Of a DNA stretch of 64,000 bases, positions 51,423 to 63,697 are shown piece by piece; the first letter of the stretch is position 1; every line of letters begins with the position of its first letter. The notes under the pieces are model-generated. The model did not search any database. It was not told the origin of the DNA and saw only the letters and a list, made by a program, of their open reading frames with translations. Source of the DNA: Octopus sinensis. Its lineage: Eukaryota. Both the position numbers and the translations under genes were made by a program. The stretch spans positions 26,970,001-27,034,000 of the forward strand of contig NC_043012.1 of the NCBI RefSeq assembly GCF_006345805.1, read 5' to 3'.

Positions 51423-51945
51423 GACAGGCTTCTTGCTGTTTCATCTACCAAATCCACTCACCAGGCTTTGGTCGGCCCGAGGCTATAGTAGAAGACACTT
51501 GCCCAAGGTACCACACAGTGGGAATGAACCCGGAACCATGTGGCTGGTAAGCAAGCTACTTACTACACAGCGACTTAGAATAGTTTCAAATTTTGGCACC
51601 AGGCCAGCAATTTTAAGAGGAGACGATTAATCTGCAACACCGATTCCAGTACTCATCAGGTACTTATCTTATTGATCCTGAGAGGATGAAAAACAAAGGT
51701 GAGCTCGGCGGGATTGAACTCAGAAGGTAAAGGGTTGTGAGAAATGCTGCCATCTTGGGACTAAATAATAATAATGATCGTTTCTACTAGAGACACAAGG
51801 CCTGCAAGTTGGAGGGAAGGTGGGTGAGGATGTGTGTAAATCCTCTTAGTGTAAATTTCTATGATTAGTGTAAAATTCTTAAAAGATTTCAGATATTCCT
51901 GCGATATTCCACAGGAACTTGTTGGCGCAGGAGTGGCTGTGTGGT
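50839..51945. repeat. ~1.1 kb near-perfect palindrome, ~520-bp arms, centred on (TA)n
   Basis: 50839-51360 is the reverse complement of 51421-51945; the ORF track shows the identical peptide HTATPAPTSSCG.. on opposite strands. Confidence 0.97.
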
Positions 51946-52300
51946 AAGTAGCTTGCTTACCAATCACATGGTTCCGGGTTCAGTCCCACTGCGTGGCATC
52001 TTGGGCCAGTGTCTTCTACTTGTGAGTGGATTTGGTAGACAGAAACTGAAAGAAACCCGTCGTATATATGCATATATGTGTGTGTGTGTATGTTTGTGTG
52101 TCTGTGTTTGTCCCCCTAGCATTGCTTAACAACCGATTCTGGTGTGTTTATGTCCCCGTAACTTGGCGGTTCGGCAAAAATGACCGATAGAATAAGTACT
52201 AGACTTACAAAGAATAAGTCCCGGGGTCGATTTGTTCAACTAAAGGCAGTGCTCCAGCATGACCGCAGTCAAATGACTGAAACAAGTAAAAAAAAGAGAG
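51924..52300 (+). mobile_element. SINE family A
   Basis: Head to tail with a small internal deletion. Confidence 0.9.
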
Positions 52301-52879
52301 GAAAAGAGAGGAAATGAAACATTTACAAAAACAAAAATACTTGGAAACAAAAGACAAAAAAAATAATAAATTCTTTTGTTCATAGATAAAATTTAAAAAA
52401 TAATAAAAACTCAAAGAAGAAACATTTGAAAATAAGCGTAAAAATTGATAACATTTTGGGTTCATTTCAAATCAGATAGAAATTTAGAACTGGCATCATT
52501 TTTTTTTAAAGAATACTCTCTTAATCAGTTTAATCAATGATTTCTCACCCAAGATTCCTTGCGTTTATTTTTGTTTTCGATTCAAAGGTGATCGTTTTAT
52601 CGTCACTACAAAAATATTGGAAACTTGATGAAAATATGTCCACCCTATCTTTATCCCTGTGTATATATGTGTATATTGCGTGAGTTGTACTGTCTATTAA
52701 CTATCATGGCGTCTACAACGTGGTATCTCTCTGTGTTGAGTTCTTACTGATGGTTGTCTTCAGGAAATTGATAAAGAACTAAGAATCTAGTTTACTCTGT
52801 GTTAACAAAAACATGTGACTGCCAGAGGAAATCACGCCGCTTTGTTTGTTGATAGCAAACATTGAAGAACAACGAGATA

Positions 52880-52921
<42 letters not shown>

Positions 52922-53095
52922 GTGTGTGTGTGTGTGCGTGCGTGCGTGTGTGTGTGTACGTAACTCTGTGTGTGTATTTCGCTCTGGGTACTATAGCATC
53001 GATCTTGGTTATTTGTCCTTGTTTCAAATTTACGGAGAAATGGTTAAGTTAAATTTACCATATTTTTCTGCGCACTATGTAGGTTCACACACACA

Positions 53096-53308
53096 TACGA
53101 GGGGATCACTGAAGAATTCCTGGATTTGGGTACAAAGAAATACAGGAGCTTCAGTTAATCATAATTTTATTCAGCATATTCTTTTCTCATATTCACACAG
53201 CGGTTCTTCAGTTTTTCTAAGCCCTATAAAAAGAACTCGGAAGTTTGGGCCTCCAACAGACCTTTTGTGATAGCTTTAAAGCCAGGAACATTTCAGCAGC
53301 CCCTCGTA
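53096..53308. mobile_element. Mariner-type MITE
   Basis: TIRs tacgaggggatcactgaagaattcctgg / ccaggaacatttcagcagcccctcgta; TA ends. Confidence 0.8.
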
Positions 53309-54005
53309 CATAGTCGTCAAAGAATCCCTATGTCAGGAAAAGGATGCTATTGTTTCCAAATTCTGGTACAAGGCGAGGTAAGTCGAGGGAGTAAGTCGAT
53401 TTACATCGACCTCAGTACTCGACTGTCACTTATATTATCGACCCCGAAGGATGAAAGGCAAAGTCGAGCTCGGCAGAATTTGAAAAATAGAGTGGATATA
53501 ATAATCAAAGTATACAATATTATGGATCCGTTTCAGCCAATTCTACCAATCGGTTTCGTACAGGGTACGAAGAATAGATGTTGGATAACAGGAAATTTAA
53601 GTAACATCCGGTTTTAGTACCCAGACACTGGCCCAAGGTGCCACGCAGTGGGACTGAACCCGGAACCATGTAATTCGTAAGCAAGCTACTTACCACACAG
53701 CCACTCCTGCGCCTATTTAATATCGGTTTCAAATTTTGGCACAAGGCCCCCAATTACGGGAGGAGGGGGATAAGTCAGTTGCATTGACACCAGTGCTCAA
53801 CTGGTACTTATTTTATCGTTGCTGAAAGGATGAAAAGCAATGTTGACCCCCAGCGATATTTATGCCCAGACTAAACATTTTGCCAGCTAGCTGCCTTCAC
53901 ACTTTATATCAGCGCCTTATCGACAGGTATCTCAGTCCATGCAGTTTCATTACACTCATGACTAATGTAACCAGTTCTCCGTAGATAGAAAGAAAAAAAT
54001 TGATG

Positions 54006-54055
54006 AACATCCTTAATCAATTTTCGAACCTTATTAGGGTCTCGTCAGAGGTATT
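54006..54055 (-). ncRNA. Minimal type I hammerhead ribozyme motif
   Basis: Minus strand: AAUACCU-CUGACGA-GACCCU[AAUA]AGGUUC-GAAA-A[UUGA]U-UA^AGG(A)UGUU. Intact core; stem II has one mismatch; stem I 3 bp + 1-nt bulge + 4 bp; UUA triplet. Confidence 0.65.
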
Positions 54056-54735
54056 TACACCACTTGATTAATCTCTCAAAAATTAGCAGCCAATCTGTTA
54101 CTGTACACATCAAATCCAGTAGTTTTGACGAAACGGTGCTACATACACATACATGGGTGTGTGCGTGTGTGTGTGTGTGTGTATGTGTGTGTGTGTACAT
54201 TCTGCTTGGACATTAAATTAAATGTCTGCACAATGCTCGGTCAATTACCTAACAATTCAACAAGTAATTAGCTTCATTGATTGCACAACTCGAATTCGCT
54301 CATTTAACGTCGACATAAGAGGTATATCCTACTACACACGAACATCAAATTGATCGATTTTATTGTCATTCTGTAAAATTGCAACGAAATGCACATTGTC
54401 ATTTCAGCATACGCACAAACATACACACACGCATACACACATACACACACACACATACATACACTCACACATACGCTATTATGTTCATGTGTACTGGAAG
54501 TATACGTATACATGTGTGTGTATATATATATGCATATGTATGCATGTATATATACACACACAACACACATATGCATACATACATACATATATATATATAT
54601 GCATACATACATATATATATATATAATATATATATACATACATATATATATATATATATATAGATATATATATATATATGCATACAACATATATATATAC
54701 AATATTATTATATATATATATATATATATATATAC

Positions 54736-54792
<57 letters not shown>

Positions 54793-54818
54793 ATATATGC
54801 TGGCAATGAATACTGTAG

Positions 54819-54863
<45 letters not shown>

Positions 54864-56264
54864 ATATATATGTATGTATGTATATATATATATACATATA
54901 TATATATGTATATATACATACATATACATATATACACACACATTCACGCATACATATACACATCTACCTAAACCTTTGTACATACCTCACCTAATGAATC
55001 AAGGTTAACCTAAGTAATTTAGTAATATATCTAATTGAATTCGTTCATTTAATTGACAAGCCTTTTTCAGTAAAATGCCACTTAAAATAATGTACATGCA
55101 TGTACATATATAAATCTACGTTTTAATTTAAATGTCTTCGTATCAATGTGTGTGGGCGTGCGCGCGTGTGGGCGTGCGCGCGTGTGTGTGTGTGTATGTT
55201 GTGCGTGTGTTAACGTGTTCACTGAAAATTTCTATTGTTATTGGTTCTTAAGGCATAGTAACCAGCATTAAATAAAAACGGTTCGAGCTGTCCTTTATTG
55301 CCGCTTGTTCACAAACTATTTTCACTTGTGTATTGTCACTACATTCTAAAGGGTGCGGCACAAAACGTTCAGAGTCGCCATTTTTGATAAATGTTTCAAC
55401 ACTAACAGCAAGTGTAACGTTTTAAGTAATAATAGTGACTGAAAGTGAAACTAGAACTCATTAGTTTTCTGAAGACATCAGTGTGATTTGACTAACTTTG
55501 CTAACGCGACATCAATTGCTATGTAAACTATAGGAAGATTTATTCCATAAACGTTACTTTGTGTAGTTCACATCTGCTACCAGTACTACTGATCAGTGTA
55601 TAAGGCGTTCTTTCTGGTGGCCGATTTTTTAACCCCAAGAGAATGTCGCTTTAATTTATATATATTGCGAGCAGAAGCAAGCTACTGCCATCTCTAGCAG
55701 ATGTGGTGTCCAGTACTGAAGCGAGGCAGAAATAACTCTGAACCAGATTAGACTGGCATGCTGATCTCGTCGCTAGAAAGTGGTAGGGGTTCGCTTCCCT
55801 GTTCACAATATATCGGATGCAGTTTTGCATCGTTAACAAGCTAAATTTGATGTTCTGGGTTTAAAAAATCGCAGTAAAGTCTGTTCGAACGGAACAGCCA
55901 TGTTGAATCAGCTACGAATATTATGTATATATATTATTATATATATATTATATCATATATATATATATATATATATAGAAGAAGAAGAAGAAGAGAAGAA
56001 GAAGAAAAGAAGAAGAAGAAGACAGAAGAAGAAAAGAAGAAGAAGAAGAAGAAGAAGAAGAAGAAGAAATGAGATTTTAAAATCCTGGTAGTAAGCACTT
56101 AGTAAAGGAATAAGGTTAAATTTCCAACAAGCTGATACCAGTAAATGCATGTAGAGTACGAGTCCCAGGTAAATCAATCCTCACGTATGACAGGTAAATC
56201 CCACAACTCTTTTGCAGAATTTTAAGAAATTCAGTGTATTAACAACAATCAATAATATGTACGA

Positions 56265-56653
56265 GGAGGCGCAATGGCCCAGTGGTTAGGGCAGCGGACT
56301 CGCGGTCATAGGATCGCGGTTTCGATTCCCAGACCGGGCGTTGTGAGTGTTTATTGAGCGAAAACACCTAAAGCTCCACGAGGCTCCGGCAGGGGATGGT
56401 GGTGATCCCTGCTGTACTCTTTCACCACAACTTTCTCTCACTCTTACTTCCTGTTTCTGTTGTACCTGTATTTCAAAGGACCGGCCTTGTCACTCTCTGT
56501 GTCAAGCTGAATATCCCCGAGAACTACGTTAAGGGTACACGTGTCTGTGGAGTGCTCAGCCACTTACACGTTAATTTCACGAGCAGGCTGTTCCGTTGAT
56601 TCGGATCAACCGGAACCCTCGTCGTCGTAACCGACGGAGTGCTTCCATATCCC
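56265..56653 (+). mobile_element. SINE family C, young copy with 11-bp TSD
   Basis: TSD aatatgtacga at 56254-56264 and 56654-56664; three visible substitutions versus the 48225 copy over the shared body. Confidence 0.95.
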
Positions 56654-56884
56654 AATATGTACGAAGAAAATTATATCTTTAATTTAGATCACACCTTAAA
56701 AATCCAACAACTGTTTCAATTGCATTAACATATACATGCATTTATATATATATATATATTATATATATATATATATATATTCACACGCACACACACTAAG
56801 AAAGGAATGTTCTCAATGAAATTTAGCCAACACCAGAACGTAAGCGAGCAAGACAAATGAAAAGATACAAAATATACAAATTTA

Positions 56885-56956
56885 TCGGAAACCCGGTTTC
56901 GTTGTTACCACTTACGTAATCACTTACGTAGATGCCCGCAACTCGTCAGTGTGATC
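56885..56956 (-). ncRNA. Degenerate hammerhead-like motif
   Basis: GAUCACA-CUGACGA-GUUG[34 nt]CAAC-GAAA-C[CGG]G-UU^UCCGAU; core and stem II intact, stem I only 4 of 6 pairs. Confidence 0.35.
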
Positions 56957-57656
56957 GTCATAGCAAAATATAATTTTTAGAACTATACACGAGACGTCCG
57001 CATGAGATTGAACATGTATATAGTTCTACCAATTACATTTGTATATGTTGAGGTAAGCAAAGAAGAGAAAGTATTCTCTAAGCACACAGAAGTAGATGGT
57101 TCCCAGTAATGAGGAGTAAATTAGAATTGATTATAAGAATATTAATGGCAATTGTTGTCAAGGAATGCAACGGTGAGAATTCCGAAAAGTACGACAAGCA
57201 GTGGTTACAGAAACATGTCTTGTCACTACGTTAATAACTACTGAGATGGTTGAATATTCTTTGACTTTCCCAGCGAAATGTCGAGTTACACGTGATTACC
57301 AGAAATGAAAACTTCAAGCTAGAAAGGTTCAGTGTTTGTGTCAAAATGATTCCCTAACCGCTCAATTAAAATGTATTCCCTAAATCACTCAATTAAAATT
57401 AATGTATCTGGACACTTCCTTGATATATATCTGCGTAAATACGTGCACATGAGTGTAAGCCTGTATCTGTAATTATGTGTAATTGTGTATGTTTGTAATC
57501 GTGTTAGCAGGTCGAATACATTACGTTTCTTTCGCTAAAGATTCATAGAGGGTACTGTACAAAGTAATTCTTCTGACCAAGACGCAAGTTGCAATGTTTG
57601 GATCCATTATTAAGTTTTGTTGCTTTCTTCTTTTTCTTCTTCTTCTTCTTCTTCTG

Positions 57657-57719
<63 letters not shown>

Positions 57720-58354
57720 AATAATATTATTATCCTCTTCTTGCAATTTTGTTTCCGTTTCTTGCCAGTGTCTTCCAGACACCTAGGGCAAAGAAACTCA
57801 CTGTATACTTTGGTAGGCCATTAAAATAAACACACCAGATTATTCATTTACAAAGTCAAGTGAAAGAAAGAAAGAAAGAAAGAAAAAAAGAAAGAAAGAA
57901 AGAAAGAAAGAAACCCATACAGTACTGGTACACTTTGTTTTATCTCTTGAACTCAAGACATATTTCGAAAGAGCTGAAATGTTTTCTAATTGTGGAAGAC
58001 AGAAGGAAACGTTTATGCACTGATATACCTGGACTAGGGTTCACATTTTGATTGGTATGTGACAACGCCATGGTCGTCGTGCCCTTTGACATTCTCCATG
58101 TGTATTTGACACCTGGCATTATCTGGAAACTTCCACTGAAACATTTCTATTGACAAGTCCCATCTCAGAAGCAAAACATGATTAGGGGCTTAAGATGTCT
58201 CCGTACAGGCTTTGGGTATCGTGTGGTAGAAATGAGACAAGTTCAACTGAAAAACATCGGGGGAATTAAAGACATTGATCCTGGACTTATAACGAATAGA
58301 GTAGCATCTTAGATGTTGCGAGTGTATCCCAAAATTAATGGACTAGCGTACTTG

Positions 58355-58925
58355 ATTACAGGTAAGTTCACTGCCATCAATTCACTGCAGGGGAAGTGCA
58401 GCACTATCAATTCACCGTGAAGGAAGTTCACCGTTAGGAAAGTTCACCGCGATGAAAGTTTACCAAGAAACTATATCCACAGTGTAAGGTATACTAGCCA
58501 TCTGAATGTGGCTAGCCACTAGGGGTGGGTGTTACTGACGCTTTTAGCTTCAGGAGATCGACGTCTCCAGCTGGCCTTAGACACAATTTCAGTGCCCTTA
58601 TGATATTTACAAAGGGAGGTCATCCTCCCTCGAAAACCTAAGTGATACATACGGACTATAGTTTCAAGGTTTTTGCCTCTCGTCAACGCATGGTAAAAAC
58701 CGGTTTTCGATGAAGGAGACCTTTGCAAATACTATTTAATGTTTTTCCCAGCAACCACAGTCACTGATTTAGAAAAACTGTCTGAAAGCATTTATTAATG
58801 CTATATCCACAGTATTTCACCATTAATAGTTTATTAATGCTATATCCACAGTATTTCACCATTAATAGTTAAAAACTACTTTATTGAAAATAAACGGTGA
58901 ATTTATGACGGTGAACTTGCTGAAT
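58355..58925 (-). mobile_element. Putative Mutator-like (MULE) remnant with subterminal TTCAC(C/T)G repeats
   Basis: Five (g/a)ttcac(c/t)g motifs at 58365-58450 and convergent cggtgaa(t/c) motifs at ~58895-58915; interior weakly resembles a MULE transposase C-terminus. Confidence 0.35.
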
Positions 58926-60381
58926 ATGAGCGTACTTTAGCACAGGCCTGCAAGAAATTTTTTTTTAAGTAAAAGGCCATACAATGGTGCTTCCTGTGAA
59001 TATAAAGATATGGCTAACATTGACAAGCAGTATAACCTGTCTTCGATTCGTATCCTTTCCGTCGTGTCCTCTCTTTAGGTTATCTATTTACTGTCCAAGA
59101 GAAAGATAATTACCAAATACCTATAGAGCAAAAGAGACACTGAAGATCTTAACGTCCCAAACTGCGATGGAAAATTACGACTGCCATATTTCTATGGAAG
59201 ATATTACACGTACGATAAGCAAATGCCGCCCCACAATGTCATCAAAGTATTACCTACTAAAGCAGTACTTATTGTTACAAAGCAATATGCAGCGACATCA
59301 TTGTAGGAAAGACTGCTACGCTATAAAATACAGAGATCGATTCAACATACAGACAATTTATGAAACACTGTCATTAAATCTGCCGCTAATTGCAAACACG
59401 ACAGACCTGATTTAGTCATTTAAAACAACAAAGAAAAGGTTATGACCAGTTACAGAGTCAACTGCTTTGCCGATGTCAGACATATCTTTCAAAATCCTGG
59501 GGGTCGACTTGCTCGACTAAAGGTGGTGGTAGAGCATGGCCACAGTCAAATGACTGAAGAAGCAATTAAAAGAATAAAAGAGTAAAAAGAGAGTATACAT
59601 ACTTATACATGCAAACATTTCATTCATACATACATTCAGACATGTATTGCCCGGCTGATGCTAAAGAGGAGCGAATAAAAAAGAAACAAACGCTGAACTG
59701 TTGACCTGTCTAGAGGTGCAAACATGTGTATGAAAATACATGCATGAAACAGAACATACAAATCTGCACATGCATCAGCTCCAAATACTTGCACATATAC
59801 ACACACATATATACATAACTACCTTGTTACTGTTGTTGAAGTCCCTACGAAGGGAACTTGGATCTAAATGAGAAAGCGGTTCTTTCTCTATTGAAAAGAA
59901 ATCTAAGGATAAAACTATAAAATACACACACACAGACACGTGCATACATGCAAAAAAACATATATACATACTTATATACATGCAAGCATGCATACAAACA
60001 CTTTCACCCGAACAAGCCAGAGATTCCACTGCATTACAAGATAATATTGAATAAATGAAGTAACACTGAGTGAATGCAGACGATAAGAAAACACAAACTG
60101 CACGATGAATGAATGTACTATAAATATACATATAAGTTCGTGTTATTGTTTTGTGTGATGGTAGGTTTCAACCATACTCTCTCTCTCTCTCTCTCTCCTC
60201 TCTCTCTATCTATCTGTCTATCTATCTATCTATCCCTCTGTCTTTCATGTTGTATCAATAAATACGACACGATCCTCCACCCATTATTACAACACTCCTC
60301 ACTATTCTATCGATATATTTCGTTTCATATGTCAAAGAATTTATTCCATTAATTCCTGTTGCTAGTTCTTTTCTTTCCTTG

Positions 60382-60415
<34 letters not shown>

Positions 60416-60418
60416 TTA

Positions 60419-60452
<34 letters not shown>

Positions 60453-60619
60453 TACTACTACTACTACTACTGTGAGTGTATATGTGTTTTATTTCGTCTC
60501 ATTTTTTTTTCTTTGTTTATTTTCCTTCGCATGAAAATGGCTAAGAAAAAATATTCTGTATTTATATCAAATATATTTGATTATGTATGTGTGTGTATGT
60601 GTTTATAATATCTAATGTA

Positions 60620-60658
<39 letters not shown>

Positions 60659-60712
60659 ATATATATCCAATACAAATGCATATACTCATACAATACATAC
60701 ACTTTATAGACA

Positions 60713-60759
<47 letters not shown>

Positions 60760-61124
60760 TATACATATATATTATATATATGTTAACCTCTTCAATAACA
60801 CCATTTATCAGAACCAAATGAAATCTTTTTTATTTGCTTGAGTTTTCTTTTCTTTTTCCGTTATACAGCCGCGTTTCTCTAAGTGTATATATGTATGTGG
60901 TATGTATGTATGCATGCATGCATGCATGCATGTATGTATGTATGTATGTTGTATGTATGTATGTATGTATGTATGTATGTATGTGTGTGTGTTTGTGTGT
61001 GAGTGTATATATGTATGTGAATGTGTCTGCGTAAGTAATTGAATGAAGTGAAATGTTTCCGAGGAGGACTTGCGATGAATGTGTGTGCGTAACAGAAAGA
61101 CAGAACTTGTGTGCGTGCATGTAG

Positions 61125-61575
61125 CATGAGTGAGTGAGTGAGTGAGTGAGTGAGTGAGTGAGCGAGTGAGTGAGTAAGTGAGTGAATGAATGAGTGAGTG
61201 AGTGAGTGAGTAAGTGAGTGAGTGAATGTGTGAAAGTGCGTGACTGAATGAGTGAGTGAGTGAGTAAGTGAGTGAGTGAGTAAGTGAGTGAATGAATGAG
61301 TGAGTGAGTGAGTGACTGAGTGACTGAGTGACTGAGTGAATGACTGACTGACTGAGTGAGTGAGTGAGTGGGTGAGTAAGTGAGTGAGTGAGTAAGTGAG
61401 TGAGTGAGTAAGTGAGTGAATGAATGAGTGAGTGAGTGAGTGAGTGAGTGACTGAGTGACTGAGTGAATGACTGACTGAGTGAGTGAGTGAGTGAGTGAG
61501 CGAGTGAGAGAGTAAGTGCTGAGTGAGAGAGTTTGTAGTAGTCGAGTACGTAAAAATGTGAGTGAGTGGTTGAGC
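61125..61575. repeat. (TGAG)n microsatellite
   Basis: Directly visible. Confidence 0.95.
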
Positions 61576-61889
61576 GAGTGATGGAGGAAATGAGAGTGCG
61601 TGTGTGTGTGTGTGCATGTCTGATAGAGAGAGAATGTGGGTGTTTGATACCCTATGTGTGCATATATATATGTCTGCATGAGTGTGTGAGAGAGAGAGAG
61701 AAAACTTGGGGAAGAGAAAGTGAGGGAAAGAGAGAGAAAGTAAATCTGTGCTTATGGAAACGTAAGTATGCATGTAAATATCCCTATAGATGCATGAGAA
61801 TAAGAGAGGTGGGAATGCAGAAAGTGAAAGTACGGGTGGTAAAAGGAGTTGAAGTGTACAAATGTGAGTCTGAGAATGAGAAAGAGCAT

Positions 61890-61890
61890 C

Positions 61891-61942
<52 letters not shown>

Positions 61943-61971
61943 TGCGTGTATGTGTGTGTGTATGTGTGTAT

Positions 61972-62012
<41 letters not shown>

Positions 62013-62107
62013 TGTGTGTGTGTGCGTGTGTGTGTGTGTGCGTGTGTGTGTGTGTGCGTGTGTGTGTGTGTGTGTGTGTTGTATGTGTCTGTGTTTGTGT
62101 GTGTGTG

Positions 62108-62174
<67 letters not shown>

Positions 62175-62180
62175 CGCGTC
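61890..62180. repeat. (TG)n microsatellite, ~290 bp
   Basis: Directly visible. Confidence 0.95.
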
Positions 62181-62518
62181 TGTACGTTCTTGTTCCTGTC
62201 GAAATCGAGTTTTCTCTATTGCAAAACGGCAACAATAACTGCAAAAACAAACGTAAATTCACTAATGGTTTTCCGTATGCATGTTTATATATAGATACGT
62301 GTGTGCATGCGTATGTGTGTGTGTGTGTATCTATCCGTATATGTAAAAGGAATGTTCATTTATATATTTTGTATGTATATATATATAATTTTATTTTACA
62401 TTTTTTAATTTTTATATTTTACATTTCCATGGAAATTGAAAGAAAAGATTTCTATTATATGACCAAAAATAAAAGCATCATTTATACACATATATATTCA
62501 TACAATATATATTATATA

Positions 62519-62549
<31 letters not shown>

Positions 62550-62624
62550 ACAGACAACCCACACTGCAACACATTATTTTGGGCTTATATACGTGTGTAT
62601 ATTGTGTGTATTTATGATTATGAG

Positions 62625-62689
62625 ATATAGATAGATAGATAGACATAGATAGATAGATAGATGATAGATAGATAAATAGATAGATAGAC

Positions 62690-62749
<60 letters not shown>

Positions 62750-62779
62750 GATAGATAGATAGGTAGATTGATAGATAGC

Positions 62780-62843
<64 letters not shown>

Positions 62844-62886
62844 AGATAGATAGGAGATAGATAGATGATAGATAGATAGATAGATC

Positions 62887-62917
<31 letters not shown>

Positions 62918-62930
62918 GATACCTAGACGA
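62625..62930. repeat. (GATA)n microsatellite, ~300 bp
   Basis: Directly visible. Confidence 0.95.
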
Positions 62931-63181
62931 TTAGATTAATCGATACTAGATATGGTGTAATATTAGAAACCCTACTCGTTTTCGGCGCTTGCATTTTTTC
63001 TTTTCCATTCAGTTATTTTTGTTCCGTTTCCCTCCGATCACTCGCTTTCCTTATTCGTACTCACATAACGTTATTGTTTCTCTTCTTCTCTTGCTCTCTC
63101 CCACTCTCTTTTCTCCCTTTATACACTCAGACAGACACATGCATATACATATATACATACATATATACATACACACACACA

Positions 63182-63238
<57 letters not shown>

Positions 63239-63301
63239 TATATATATACGTTTAAATATTGTTGTGCAAGATTTTTTATGTGAAGTCGTGTGTTGAAACA
63301 G

Positions 63302-63682
63302 ATATTGTTATATTTCGGAATGGTCATTTTGCCAGTTTAGCCAATAAAAACACACGCACTATATATTTGGTGTTACTTTGCTTCAGTGTTATTTATTTTT
63401 TACATTAATCTTAATCTTATTTCGGCCAGAGTTCTTTCATCACACTCCTGTGACCGCATACAAAATGGCTGACGGTTAGTAAGGAGAGACACAAATAAGT
63501 GAGAAGAAAACAAAGGACCACTGATGCGGTCACAGGAGTGTGGCGAAAGAACTCTGGCTGAAATAAGATTAAGATTAATGTAAAAAATAAATAACACTGA
63601 AGCAAAGTAACACCAAATATATAGTGCGTGTGTTTTTATTGGCTAAACTGGCAAAATGACCATTCCGAAATATAACAAATAT
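63302..63682. mobile_element. Long-TIR hairpin MITE (~155-bp arms, ~65-bp spacer)
   Basis: atattgttatatttcggaatggtc...gtgaccgcat versus atgcggtcac...gaccattccgaaatataacaaatat: near-perfect inverted arms. Confidence 0.8.
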
Positions 63683-63697
63683 ATATATATATATATA

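Noticed and set aside
60808-62617. Long ORFs of 241-484 aa
   Set aside because: Translations of (TG)n and (TGAG)n microsatellites, which lack stops in some frames; no domain content.
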